Source: a virus
Taxonomy: Duplodnaviria > Caudoviricetes
DNA length: 64,000 nucleotides
Strand: one strand, 5' to 3'
IMG/VR virus record: IMGVR_UViG_2667527450_000001
Coordinates: 9,397-73,396 of that record
Of the stretch, positions 44,412-54,742 are shown piece by piece. A model generated the notes under the pieces. The model was not told the DNA's origin. It saw only the letters and a list, made by a program, of their open reading frames with translations, and did not search any database. Made by a program: the position numbers and the translations under genes. Numbering within the stretch: position 1 is the first letter of the stretch; each line of letters begins with the position of its first letter.

Positions 44412-45553
44412 CCCAGATTTCGCGGCTCGCTACTTTGGGGCTGGCCAAGGAAGCCGTTGCCGGCACCTGGCTGGCGCCCACGGTCGGTGTGCCCTTCACC
44501 AAGGGCGACTACGAGGACATGTTCACCGAGCTCAAGGACGAGTCCGTCCGGGGCAATGACACCGTGCTGCAGGGCATGTACCAGGGTGTTGTACATGCCG
44601 AGTGGCAGCTCGATGTCATGGCCTACCCGGACCTGGTGGGGCATTTCCTGTGTGGCGTGATCGGCCCGGACACGGTGACGGCGGGCGTGTCCACGACCCT
44701 GTCCTCATCCACGGTCATTGGTGCCACGTCCATCTCGACGGCGGCGACGATCCCCGTCGGCTCCACGGTCGCGATCGATACCGGCACGAAGGTCGAGTAC
44801 GCGACGACTGGAACACCGACCGGTTCCGGGCCGTACACGATCCCGATCGTGACCCCGGCGACCGGACTAACACAGGCCCACAACTCCGCGGTCACCGTCG
44901 TCAGCCAGACGACGCACACGTTCAAGCAGTCCACGTCCGCGCTCCCGACGTACAGCCTCACTCTGTACGACACGACGCAGACGGTGTCGTGCTCGTACTG
45001 CCGTCTTTCGGACCTTCAGATGAAGATCGACCCGAAGGGCGCGGTGTCGCTCTCGCTCAAGTACATGTCGTTCCCCAGTGTCGTGCAGACCTCTCAGACG
45101 GAGACCTTCAGCACCTACGACCCGCTGCTCGGCTGGTCCTGGACGATGAACAACGCCGGTGGTGCGTCCACCCGAGGGCTCACCTACGACATGACGGTCA
45201 AGCGCGCGACGGAAGCCATCGCGTCGTCGGACGGCACTCAAGCCCCTCGGGAGGTTTTCGCCGGTCCGATCGAAGTGGACGGCACGTACAAGGCGATCTT
45301 TGAGAACCAGACGGACATGGCCTTGTACCTGAACTACACACAAAGCGCCACGACCGCGACTCTCGCGCAGCCGGTGCCCCGCGGCGGCCAGTCCCTCGCC
45401 CTGACCATGTCGAAGAGCGGCTACTACAAGGGCAAGCGTGACCTCGGATCGGCCTACGTACAGGCCGACTTCTCGATCAGCGGCATCTACAACACCTCCG
45501 ACGGCGGCGCCGTCAGCGCGGTCCTGAAGAACTTCACTTCGGCCGCGTACTGA
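44408..45553 (+). CDS. major tail tube protein with inserted beta domain
   Basis: LGLAKE..GT; position before chaperones and tape measure. Confidence 0.8.
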   Translation: MTQISRLATLGLAKEAVAGTWLAPTVGVPFTKGDYEDMFTELKDESVRGNDTVLQGMYQGVVHAEWQLDVMAYPDLVGHFLCGVIGPDTVTAGVSTTLSSSTVIGATSISTAATIPVGSTVAIDTGTKVEYATTGTPTGSGPYTIPIVTPATGLTQAHNSAVTVVSQTTHTFKQSTSALPTYSLTLYDTTQTVSCSYCRLSDLQMKIDPKGAVSLSLKYMSFPSVVQTSQTETFSTYDPLLGWSWTMNNAGGASTRGLTYDMTVKRATEAIASSDGTQAPREVFAGPIEVDGTYKAIFENQTDMALYLNYTQSATTATLAQPVPRGGQSLALTMSKSGYYKGKRDLGSAYVQADFSISGIYNTSDGGAVSAVLKNFTSAAY

Positions 45554-45641
45554 CAAACTCCCCGGTCGTGTCCGCCTTGGAGGGCGTGCGGCACGACCGG
45601 GGTCCACACCCTCCAACGCCCTCAATGCAAGGAGATCCACC

Positions 45642-46049
45642 GTGTCGGGCTACACCAACCGCGTCATCTTGCTCCAGTTCCCCGAACTCGGCGACAAGGT
45701 CAGTGTCCTGTTGCGCAATCCCCGGCTGTTGCCCCCGGCCGAGCTCACGCCGGAGGACGTCCCGGTCGACGCCAATGGCCAGCCGCTCGATCCGCAGGCT
45801 GCCAACGTCGCCATGTACAAGGTGATGGCGAACCTCATCGCGGCATGGCACGTGTACGACGCCACCGCGACCGCAGGCGCCGTACACGTTGATCTCGACG
45901 CCGACGACCTCGACGCGCAGCTCCAGGCCCTGGAAGGCGCCGACCAGGTCCGGCTGGTCGACATCACCCCGGAGAACGTCGCTCGGCTGCCCATGGCGAT
46001 CATCAACCGGATTGGCGAGGAGATCGGCCGCGTCGCGGACCCTTCCTAG
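45642..46049 (+). CDS. tail assembly chaperone (gpG-like)
   Basis: LLRNPRLLP..LIAAWHVYD; between tail tube and tape measure genes. Confidence 0.75.
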   Translation: MSGYTNRVILLQFPELGDKVSVLLRNPRLLPPAELTPEDVPVDANGQPLDPQAANVAMYKVMANLIAAWHVYDATATAGAVHVDLDADDLDAQLQALEGADQVRLVDITPENVARLPMAIINRIGEEIGRVADPS

Positions 46050-46312
46050 GCCCCGGCAGCGAGTACTACGAGGACGTCCTGCTGCCGGTCGAGTCGATCC
46101 TCGACGGCACATGGGGGAGCGGGAACCCGCCCGCCGAGTGGGCCGACTTCATTCTCATGTACCGGATGCGCTGGACGTGGGACGACCTGCAAGCAACTCC
46201 CGCCTACGTGCGGCGCTACGTGCTCGACTTCCTCGGGCTGATCGCTGAGCAGGAGCAGGAGCAGAACGACCGAGCCCAGCGTGAGGCCAATCGCGCCCAG
46301 CGGATGGGGTGA
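46049..46312 (+). CDS. gpT-like extension in the -1 frame (not in ORF track)
   Basis: GPGSEYYEDVLL..RMRWTWDDLQATPAYVRR; no start codon or RBS at its 5' end. Confidence 0.7.
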   Translation, partial: GPGSEYYEDVLLPVESILDGTWGSGNPPAEWADFILMYRMRWTWDDLQATPAYVRRYVLDFLGLIAEQEQEQNDRAQREANRAQRMG

Positions 46313-46782
46313 TGCGGGTGCCGGAACTGAGGCCGGGCATGTTCGCCCGCCTCTTCACGGAGATCGACCGTGATGCACAGCAGAAGACGAGGACGGTGGT
46401 GTCCCGTCTGGCTGACGCGGTCGAGCGGCAGGCGAAGATCAACGCCAGTAGTGGGGCACACCCCTACGGCACAAGAACTCCGGCCAGGCCCGGTACGGGG
46501 CCGGCTGTCATCTCCGGGACTCTCCGCCGATCCCTCACTCACACCACCGCGGTGTTCACCGGCGGCGGCTGGGAATCCAAGGTCGGCACGGCTCCCGGCC
46601 ACACCCCGCCCTACGGCAGAGCACGCACTCCGGCCAACCTGTACGGCCTCTACCTGGAAAAGGGGATGCTCCGGAACGGCGCCGCCTACCCCTTCCTCCT
46701 GCCGGCGTTCCAGTTCGGGGTGAGACAGGTGGCCCCGCAGCTCTACCAGGCGGTGTTCCGCCCCGGCTGGCCGCACCTTTAA
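46312..46782 (+). CDS. HK97 gp10-like neck protein
   Basis: GPAVISGTLRRS..YGLYLEKG..YPFLLPAF. Confidence 0.75.
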   Translation: MRVPELRPGMFARLFTEIDRDAQQKTRTVVSRLADAVERQAKINASSGAHPYGTRTPARPGTGPAVISGTLRRSLTHTTAVFTGGGWESKVGTAPGHTPPYGRARTPANLYGLYLEKGMLRNGAAYPFLLPAFQFGVRQVAPQLYQAVFRPGWPHL

Positions 46783-46802
46783 CCCTGGAAGGGCGGTGAC
46801 CC

Positions 46803-49601
46803 GTGGCGGACGTCGCTGACCTCTTCGTAGTGCTCAGGGCGGAGACGGCGCCCTTCACCGCTGGCATGCGCACAGCCGCAGCCGAGGGGGAGTCGTTCAC
46901 CGCCAAGATGGGCGGCGTCGGCGGGGCAATGACGCGGCTAGGTGCCGCGACGACGGTCGCCGGCATCGGTATCGCCACCGTCAGCGTGAAGATGGCCGGC
47001 GACTTCCAGGCCAGCATGCAGAAGCTCGTCACCACGGCTGGCGAGTCGCAGGCGAACATGAAGAAGGTCTCCGCGGGGATCCTCGACATCGCCGTCCAGA
47101 CCGGCACCAGTACCAAGGCGCTGGCCGACGGCATGTACATGGTGGAAAGTGCCGGATTCCACGGCGCCGAGGGGCTCACCGTCCTGAAGGCCGCGGCCGA
47201 GGGCGCTCGCGCGGAGCAGGCCCCGCTGCCGGAGGTCACCAACGCGGTCACCTCGGCGCTCAACAGTTACCACCTGCCGGCTTCGGCGGCCGTGCAGATC
47301 ACCAACCAGATGGTGGCGGCCGTCGGACACGGAAAGATGACCTTCGGTGAGTTCGCGGGCTCACTGTCTACCGTGCTGCCGATCGCCTCATCCGCGCACC
47401 TGTCTTTCGCTCAGGTCGGCGGCGCCATCGCGACGCTGACCAACCACGGCACCAGCGCCCGCGAGGCCACGCAGGAGCTCGCTTTCTCCATCCGGGCGCT
47501 CCAAGCCCCGAACAACGTGGCCGTGCAGGAGATGCAGCGCCTCGGCCTGTCCTCCGTCGACGTGTCCACGCACCTGGGGCAGCGCGGACTCACCGGCACG
47601 ATCGACATGCTGCAGCAGGCTGTGTTGCAGCACATGGGCTCGGCCGGCACGGTCCTGCTCAACGCGTTCAACACGTCGAAGCAGGCCGCGCAAGACGCCA
47701 ACGTCATGATCTCGAAGATGCCGGCGTCCCTGCAGAAGCTGGCGCAGTCCTATGCCCAGGGCGGCATCTCCGTCGCCGACTGGAAGAAGCAGATCAAGGC
47801 GCTGCCGGTCGACCAGGCGAACCTCCTGACGCAGTTCGCGACCCTGACCAGCCGATCCAAGGGCTTCAATGCGCAGCTCAAGGCGGGTGGACCGAGCGCG
47901 CAGACGTTCAACGACGCCATGAAACGGATGATGGGTGGGGCGACGGGCCTCAACACCGCGCTGATGCTCGGCGGGGACAACATGGCGTCCTTCCGGACCA
48001 ACGTCGCCGCGGTCGGGGCGGCAGGCCAGCACGCCGGGAAGGACATCCACGGCTGGGCCGAGACCCAGAAGACATTCAACTTCCAGATCAGCCAGCTCAA
48101 AGAGCGCGTGCAGGTCGCGGCCATCACGATCGGCACGAAACTGATCCCGGTCGTCTCGGCTGTGATCGGCTTCTTCACCCGATACCAAGGCGTCACCCTG
48201 GCCTTGGCCGCCGTGATCGGCGGGGTCCTGACAGCGGCCGTCATCAAGTTCGCGACCGGGGCCGTGACAGGTGCGATCAAGGGCGTCAGCGAGATCGGGA
48301 GTGGGCTGCGAACAGCGGGCACAGCGATCCGGGCCTTCGCCACGTCAGAGAAATTGGCTGCCGCAGCTTCCAAGATCATGGCTGCTGCCCAGTGGCTACT
48401 GAACGCCGCAATGGACGCCAACCCGATCGGGCTGATCGTCCTCGCGATCGCGGCTCTGGTTGCCGGGCTCATCTACGCCTACAACCACTCCGCGCGGTTC
48501 CGCGCGATCGTGCAGGCCGCCTTCGAGGGCGTGAAGGTCGCCGCGGTCGCCGTGTGGCACGCCCTGCAGGCGGCGTGGAACGGCCTGGTGGCCGGGGTGC
48601 AGTGGCTGTGGAACATCATCAAGACCGTGTGGAACGGCATCGCCTCGGTGACCTCGACCATCTGGAACGGGATCACCGCGTTCTTCCGGAAATGGTGGCC
48701 GTTGCTGCTGGCGATCTTCGCGACGCCGATCGCCATCGTCATCTCCATCTGGAACCACTGCCACAACACCATCGTCAACGTCGCCAAGACCGCCTGGAAC
48801 GCGATCACTTCCTTTCTGGGCTCCGTTTGGAACGGCATCAAGGATGCGGCGGCGCTCATCTGGCTCGGCATTCAGACCGGGATCATCAATCCGATCAAGC
48901 AGGTTTGGAACATCCTCGTCAGCATCTGGAACTTCGTGATGGACTGGCTGGAAAGCCAATGGCTGTCCATCAAGCGCACCGCGGCGCTCATCTGGCTCGG
49001 CATCCAGATGTCCATCATCAACCCGATCCGGTCAGCGTGGCACTCGGTGACCAGCCTCATCGGCAACATCGCCAGCTCGATCTGGAACGGCCTCGTCTCG
49101 GCCTGGAACTCCGTCAAGAGCGTCGGCTCGTGGTTCATGAGCATCGGCTCGAACATCGTCAACGGCATCATCAACGGCGTCGAGAACGCTGCCGGGTATC
49201 TCTACAACTCGCTCAAGAACCTTGCCAGCAATGCCCTGAACGCCGCGAAGAACTTCCTCGGGATTTCCAGTCCTTCAAGGGAATTCGCCGACCAGATAGG
49301 CCAGTGGATCCCACACGGCATCGCGGTCGGCATCACCCAGCACGCTCAGGTGGCGACCGACGCCGCCGACGCGCTGGCTCAGCGCACCCTCGGCACCGCG
49401 AAGACGGCCCTGGTTTCACCGACAGCCGGCGGCGCACTGGTTGCCGGCGGCAGCGCAGTGCCCGGCGGACAGACGGTCACCGTCAACATCACCGTCCAGG
49501 GCAGCGTGCTCAGCGAGCGAGACCTCCGGGACGTCGTCCAAACCCAGATGCTGCGCCTCGGCATGCGCTCCTCCACCAGCTACACCCCGTACAAGAGGTG
49601 A
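46803..49601 (+). CDS. tape measure protein
   Basis: 932 aa Ala-rich; MDANPIG; W/F-periodic repeats; LGISSPSREF. Confidence 0.95.
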   Translation: MADVADLFVVLRAETAPFTAGMRTAAAEGESFTAKMGGVGGAMTRLGAATTVAGIGIATVSVKMAGDFQASMQKLVTTAGESQANMKKVSAGILDIAVQTGTSTKALADGMYMVESAGFHGAEGLTVLKAAAEGARAEQAPLPEVTNAVTSALNSYHLPASAAVQITNQMVAAVGHGKMTFGEFAGSLSTVLPIASSAHLSFAQVGGAIATLTNHGTSAREATQELAFSIRALQAPNNVAVQEMQRLGLSSVDVSTHLGQRGLTGTIDMLQQAVLQHMGSAGTVLLNAFNTSKQAAQDANVMISKMPASLQKLAQSYAQGGISVADWKKQIKALPVDQANLLTQFATLTSRSKGFNAQLKAGGPSAQTFNDAMKRMMGGATGLNTALMLGGDNMASFRTNVAAVGAAGQHAGKDIHGWAETQKTFNFQISQLKERVQVAAITIGTKLIPVVSAVIGFFTRYQGVTLALAAVIGGVLTAAVIKFATGAVTGAIKGVSEIGSGLRTAGTAIRAFATSEKLAAAASKIMAAAQWLLNAAMDANPIGLIVLAIAALVAGLIYAYNHSARFRAIVQAAFEGVKVAAVAVWHALQAAWNGLVAGVQWLWNIIKTVWNGIASVTSTIWNGITAFFRKWWPLLLAIFATPIAIVISIWNHCHNTIVNVAKTAWNAITSFLGSVWNGIKDAAALIWLGIQTGIINPIKQVWNILVSIWNFVMDWLESQWLSIKRTAALIWLGIQMSIINPIRSAWHSVTSLIGNIASSIWNGLVSAWNSVKSVGSWFMSIGSNIVNGIINGVENAAGYLYNSLKNLASNALNAAKNFLGISSPSREFADQIGQWIPHGIAVGITQHAQVATDAADALAQRTLGTAKTALVSPTAGGALVAGGSAVPGGQTVTVNITVQGSVLSERDLRDVVQTQMLRLGMRSSTSYTPYKR

Positions 49602-49610
49602 GGAGGCCCC

Positions 49611-52445
49611 GTGGCGATCAACCCGAACTGGCCGGTCATCGCTGAGGATTGGGGGCCGTACTGGAACTGCGCCGGTGGCGACTCGCCTCTGGACAGGTAC
49701 GTCGAGGTCACCCCTCGCACCCGGGGCCGCACCAGCATTCAACGGGGCCGGCAGTACGAGCTGGACCAGGTTCGGTCAGGCGAGTATCAGGCGACGCTCG
49801 CCAACACGGATGGCGCCCTCGACCCGCTCAACACCGCCGGACCTTGGTACGGGCACATCATGGCCTACCAGCCGTACCGCAAACGCGCCCAGTGGCCGCC
49901 CACGCAGAATCTGCTGACCCAGGTGCAGGCGACCGGGGGAGACCTCGGCGGCTACAACACCGGCACGCTGGACCAGTCCGGCCTCGGCCCTGACGTCTTC
50001 TCCCTCACCGACTCCAGCGGCGGCCAGATCGTCGCTGACAGCGGAGCTTGGCAGGGTGCCCGGGTTCTGCAGTTCGCGGTGCCATCGGGCTCTACGGCGC
50101 CGACCCGTATTTGCCACACGCCGCAGTACGGGGTGCTGCCGGGCCAGACGTACACGATGCAGATCCGCGTCCGGGACATCACGGCGGCGACCACGCTCCA
50201 GATAAAGCCGCACATCGGCTGGTACTCGGCATCCGGCGGCAGCCCGACCTCCTTCGCCTACGGCACTACGGTCACCCTCACCGGCTCGCCGACCGCGGCG
50301 TGGACGCAGCTCACCGTCACCGCTACCGCCCCCTCGACCGCGGCCGGCATGAACGTCGGCGTGTCCGTCGCCGCCACCGCAGCCTCCACCTGCAGCATGC
50401 AGACGGACGGTTGGCAGTTGGAGAAGGGGTCTGCCGCCACTGCGTGGACGGCCCCCGGGGTCTGGTACCCGCTGTACGCGGGGTTCGTGGAGCGCTGGCC
50501 ATCCCGCTGGGCATTTAACGGGACCTACGGCAGTGTCGAGCCGGTCGCAGTGGACGCGATATCCCTCCTGTCGCAGGTGCAGTTGGCCGACCCCCTCACC
50601 CAGGAGATCAACTCCCGCAATCCGCGGTTCCTCTACAAGCTTGACGACCCGCAAGGCAGCGGATCTTTCGCAGACGCTACAGGCAACTATCCGGCTGCAC
50701 CGATCGGTGTCGCCAAGGCGGGTCCGGGCTCCCTAACGTCCGGCAACCAGATCGCAGCCGCTGCCGCCAGCGGTACCTACACTGGAAGCACCGGCACGGT
50801 TGTCACCGTCTCTAATCCTGACCCTGGAACGAACCTCACGGACCCGGCAACCTTCATTGCTCTCACCAATGCAGGAATCAAGGGACCCGCGAACCCAAGC
50901 GGCGACTGGACGCGAATGCTGGCGTTTCGATACACCGGCCCAAACCCCAGCAGTGGCGGTGCCGCGACGATGTGGTCGTGTTTCGACAAGAACGCCAATG
51001 GCGGATCGAATATCCGCTTTATGGTCCTCCCTGGGGGTATATTTACCTTCAACATGGGAGGGCCGACCACCGGTACAAGTTTCCAGCCGTTCAGTACCAA
51101 TGTTGCTGATTCAAACTGGCACTTGGCCATCGTCAGTTACAGTCACGCAAACGCCCAACTGATTACGAGCCTCGATGGGGCCTCGCTGACCTACACCAGC
51201 GTTAATCCGGCCATCGAGCCAACTGGGCTAGTGGCGGACAGTATTGGCGCTTGGATCGATCCAACGACAGGCAACGGGTCGGCCTTCCAATATAAGGGCG
51301 ACTTGTCGTTCTTCGCCGAGTTCCCTTCGGCGCTGTCGGCGACCGACTGCGCCAGCCTGTACAACGCCTGGAAATCAGCCTGCGCTGGCGAATCCAGCAA
51401 CGCCCGCTACTACCGAATCCTCCGCTACGCCGGATACCTCGGAACCTACTCGCTACAGGCTGGGCTCACTACGAGCATGGGGCCGATGGCAACCGGCGGG
51501 CAGGATGCTCTTAGCGCGTTGCAAGCGGTCGTGGACACCGAGAACGGCGAGCACTTCATCGACCGTGCGGGAACGGTGACGTTCCGGTCGCGCTCGGCCC
51601 GATACAACGCGCTGACACCGACCTACGTCTTTGGGGAGCGGGCAGACCTGGGGGAGTGGTCTTACGAGGACTGCCAGCTGGACTACGACTCCACGCACCT
51701 GTCCAACCAGGTCACCGTCACTCAAGCATCCACGGGTCAGCTCTTCTACGATCAGGACGCTGTGTCGGTCACGAACTACTTCCCAAGGACGCTGTCCCGC
51801 AGCATCAACTCGTCGTCCGCCCTCGAATGCCAGGATGCCGCCGGCTACCTGCTGAGTCGGTACAAGAATCCCGCAGTGCGCGTCTCCGCCATCAGACTCC
51901 ATCCCAGCGCGAACCCTGCTCTCTGGCCCGTCTGTCTATCTCTGGAACTCGGCATGCGGGTGCGGGTGATGCGCCGTCCGCCCGCCGCTCCGGCGATCCA
52001 GCTCGACTGCATCGTTGAGCAGATCCAGGTAGGGATGGACGACCATGGGGACGCTACGTGGACCCTGCAGTGCAGCCCCGTCGACCTGACGCCCTACGCC
52101 GGATTCGCGGCATGGCACACCACCCTCGCGTCCACGATCGCGTCCGGCGTCACGGCGATCACCGTCAACGCGTCGGCGGACACCACCAACCCGCTCGCCA
52201 CGCAACTCGCTGCTGGCCAGCAGCTCGTCCTCGGCCAGAACACCGCCAACCAGGAAACGGTGACGGTCGCCTCCGTCGGGGCGACTTCCCCGGGCTGGAC
52301 CAGCGCCACGATCACCCTCACTGCGGTAACCACCAAAGCTCACACCGCGGGCGACCTCATCAACGAACCACTGCCAGCCGGGATTACCGACCCGACCACA
52401 TGGGACGCGGTCACCCGATTCGACAGCTGCGCATTCGCGTACTGA
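49611..52445 (+). CDS. large minor tail protein with CBM-like and LamG-like domains
   Basis: IQRGRQYELD..LANTDG; PGQTYT..WTQLTVT..DGWQLE; DSNWHLAIV. Confidence 0.8.
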   Translation: MAINPNWPVIAEDWGPYWNCAGGDSPLDRYVEVTPRTRGRTSIQRGRQYELDQVRSGEYQATLANTDGALDPLNTAGPWYGHIMAYQPYRKRAQWPPTQNLLTQVQATGGDLGGYNTGTLDQSGLGPDVFSLTDSSGGQIVADSGAWQGARVLQFAVPSGSTAPTRICHTPQYGVLPGQTYTMQIRVRDITAATTLQIKPHIGWYSASGGSPTSFAYGTTVTLTGSPTAAWTQLTVTATAPSTAAGMNVGVSVAATAASTCSMQTDGWQLEKGSAATAWTAPGVWYPLYAGFVERWPSRWAFNGTYGSVEPVAVDAISLLSQVQLADPLTQEINSRNPRFLYKLDDPQGSGSFADATGNYPAAPIGVAKAGPGSLTSGNQIAAAAASGTYTGSTGTVVTVSNPDPGTNLTDPATFIALTNAGIKGPANPSGDWTRMLAFRYTGPNPSSGGAATMWSCFDKNANGGSNIRFMVLPGGIFTFNMGGPTTGTSFQPFSTNVADSNWHLAIVSYSHANAQLITSLDGASLTYTSVNPAIEPTGLVADSIGAWIDPTTGNGSAFQYKGDLSFFAEFPSALSATDCASLYNAWKSACAGESSNARYYRILRYAGYLGTYSLQAGLTTSMGPMATGGQDALSALQAVVDTENGEHFIDRAGTVTFRSRSARYNALTPTYVFGERADLGEWSYEDCQLDYDSTHLSNQVTVTQASTGQLFYDQDAVSVTNYFPRTLSRSINSSSALECQDAAGYLLSRYKNPAVRVSAIRLHPSANPALWPVCLSLELGMRVRVMRRPPAAPAIQLDCIVEQIQVGMDDHGDATWTLQCSPVDLTPYAGFAAWHTTLASTIASGVTAITVNASADTTNPLATQLAAGQQLVLGQNTANQETVTVASVGATSPGWTSATITLTAVTTKAHTAGDLINEPLPAGITDPTTWDAVTRFDSCAFAY

Positions 52446-52459
52446 GGAGGTGAGCAGCC

Positions 52460-52996
52460 GTGGCACGTACCATCCCAACCTCGGCAACCGTCAGCCCCGG
52501 CCAATTCATTACCGGAGCCCTGTGGAACGCCCAGGTGAAGGGCACCACCGACTACCTGACCGGCCCGCCCGTGTGCAGCGTTTACGCGACGGCAGTGCAG
52601 TCCATGCCCGGCTCGAACGCTATGACGGCGCTCATTTTCGACACGACGGTCCTCGACAGCGACGGCGGCCACTCCAACGTCACCAACCCGTCCCGGTATA
52701 CGGCAACCGTGCCCGGCACATACCTCGTCATCGGCGCCGTGGCCTGGGTCAGCAATACCACCGGTGACCGTCGTATTCAGATTGCCCTCAACGGCGCCGG
52801 GGTGACCGGCTCCGCCGCGTCGTTCGACCCCATGAACCCGGTGATTTGCGCACACCAGGCGCAGGCACTGGTCACCATGAACGGCACGACGGACTACGTC
52901 GAGGTCATGGTCGCACAGGCCAGCGGCACGTCCCTTTCCACCAGTACAGGCGGAGCGTTCAGCCCCAGCATGCGCGTCATCTGGATCAGCCGCTAA
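52460..52996 (+). CDS. minor tail protein (C1q/TNF-like beta domain)
   Basis: SRYTATVPGTYLV..GTTDYVEV. Confidence 0.7.
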   Translation: MARTIPTSATVSPGQFITGALWNAQVKGTTDYLTGPPVCSVYATAVQSMPGSNAMTALIFDTTVLDSDGGHSNVTNPSRYTATVPGTYLVIGAVAWVSNTTGDRRIQIALNGAGVTGSAASFDPMNPVICAHQAQALVTMNGTTDYVEVMVAQASGTSLSTSTGGAFSPSMRVIWISR

Positions 52997-53013
52997 CCCA
53001 AACCGGAGAGCCC

Positions 53014-53268
53014 ATGTCCAGCCTCAATACCGTCACCGAGTACCAATTCAACTTTTCCGTCAACGGCCCGCAAGGCGAGAGCGACGGCGGATTCATCCTC
53101 ACCTCACTCGCCGGAGTCACCGACACGATCGCCCTGGGGATCGCGAAGGCTTTCAACGCGCAACCGTGGCCGACTGGCGTCACGAACCCCATGACGGTGA
53201 CCAAGCAGGACAAGGTGTTCACCGTGTACACCACCAACCTGACGGCGAACCCGCCGTCGTTCACCTGA
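53014..53268 (+). CDS. small tail-associated protein
   Basis: GGAGAG RBS. Confidence 0.6.
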   Translation: MSSLNTVTEYQFNFSVNGPQGESDGGFILTSLAGVTDTIALGIAKAFNAQPWPTGVTNPMTVTKQDKVFTVYTTNLTANPPSFT

Positions 53269-53358
53269 CAGCGCCTGCTTCTGGCTGTGGGAGCACAGCC
53301 GCGCACCCCATGTCGCCCCGGGCCGCCGGCCGGGGCATTCCCATGCCCGGAGGCACCA

Positions 53359-53835
53359 ATGGCCAGCCAGCCGCACCGGATGGTCGCCGCACACGACCAG
53401 ATGCTGACCCTGCACCTATCGCAGCACGTCGAAGAGCATTCGCCTCGCGAAGACGACCCTCATTACCACCTGTTCGAGCAAGCGAAGGCACGGCTGAAGA
53501 AGCAGGGCCTGTGGAAGTGCGTGATCGACGACGAACTTTGCGGGGGCCAGCCGGAACTGCACCATTCACACGTCGAGTTCAGCGAGATCAACAGCACCGA
53601 TCCCGCCAAGGTAGCCCGCGCGCTGGGACTGCATTTCCAGACGGACGACGCCTTCCAGCAGTGGATCGAAGGCCCTGGCAACCTGGAAGTGCTGTGCACA
53701 AACCACCACCGGACCCGCTACGGCATTCACGTCCTCCCAGAGCCGCTGTGGCAAGCAGTGCGATTCCACCGGGCCGGCATCGAGGCACCAGCCCACTTCG
53801 TCCCGGCCAGTGAGCTCGGTAAGGACGGTTCCTGA
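53359..53835 (+). CDS. HNH-like protein
   Basis: C..C..ELHH...NLEVLCTNHH..GIH. Confidence 0.6.
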   Translation: MASQPHRMVAAHDQMLTLHLSQHVEEHSPREDDPHYHLFEQAKARLKKQGLWKCVIDDELCGGQPELHHSHVEFSEINSTDPAKVARALGLHFQTDDAFQQWIEGPGNLEVLCTNHHRTRYGIHVLPEPLWQAVRFHRAGIEAPAHFVPASELGKDGS

Positions 53836-53836
53836 T

Positions 53837-54742
53837 ATGGGCATCTACGGTCAGGACTGGTCGTCGTACCAGCCATCGACGCCGGACACGTCGGGCCTCG
53901 CTTTCGCTTTCGTCAAGGTCACCGAGGGGCTCAACTACGTGAACCCGCGCTGGGTGGCGCAGCGCGACCACGCCAAGGCGGCAGGGCTGGTGTGGGGCGC
54001 TTACCACTACCCGCACATGGGCAACTCGGTGCAGGCCGAGGCCGACTACTTCCTCAGCCAGGTCAGCTGGAAGCCGGGCGACCTCGTGGTCCTCGACTGG
54101 GAGGGCTACGACGCGGCCAACGCCGGTGTGTCCCGCGGCACGCAGGCCGCGTACAAGGACGCGTGGCTGAAGTACGTGAAGAGCAAGCTGCCGAACAACC
54201 GGGTCGGCATGTACTGCAACACCGACTACTGGCGGAACGTCGACACGACCTCGTACTACGGGGACTTCCTGTGGATCGCCACCGCCGGGCGGGCCGCCGG
54301 GGATCCCGGGATCCAAGCCGACTGGCTGTTCCACCAGTACTCCGACAGCGGCGTCGACCGCGACTACTGCCATCTCTCTTCGCTCGCGGACCTCAAGGCG
54401 TGGGCGCTAATCCAGGAGGCTGACATGCCCCTCACGCAAGCTGACATCGCCGCGGTCGCGAGCGCGGTGTGGAACTACAACGAGCCCGGCCCTGACCCCA
54501 AGAAGCCCGTCCGGGTCGGCGCCGTCATGGGCTGGATGGACACCGTCCACAGCAACCAGAACGCGGCACTCGCCAAGGCCGTCGCCGAGGGCGCCGCAGC
54601 GCAGTCGGCCCTGTCGGCGCTCGCCGCTGCGGTCGGCAAGGCCGGAGGGCTTACCGCCGACCAGGTCACTGCTGCCGCCCAGGCCGGCGCTGCCGCGGCG
54701 CTGAAGGAGCTTGGGCACGCCCTCGATGGGACGAAGCCGTGA
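53837..54742 (+). CDS. GH25 muramidase endolysin
   Basis: GQDWSSYQ, FVKVTEG, GAYHY, LDWE, HQY. Confidence 0.9.
   Translation: MGIYGQDWSSYQPSTPDTSGLAFAFVKVTEGLNYVNPRWVAQRDHAKAAGLVWGAYHYPHMGNSVQAEADYFLSQVSWKPGDLVVLDWEGYDAANAGVSRGTQAAYKDAWLKYVKSKLPNNRVGMYCNTDYWRNVDTTSYYGDFLWIATAGRAAGDPGIQADWLFHQYSDSGVDRDYCHLSSLADLKAWALIQEADMPLTQADIAAVASAVWNYNEPGPDPKKPVRVGAVMGWMDTVHSNQNAALAKAVAEGAAAQSALSALAAAVGKAGGLTADQVTAAAQAGAAAALKELGHALDGTKP

Noticed and set aside
49611-53268. Diversity-generating retroelement or invertible tail-fibre cassette
   Set aside because: No reverse transcriptase, template/variable repeat pair or adjacent invertase found
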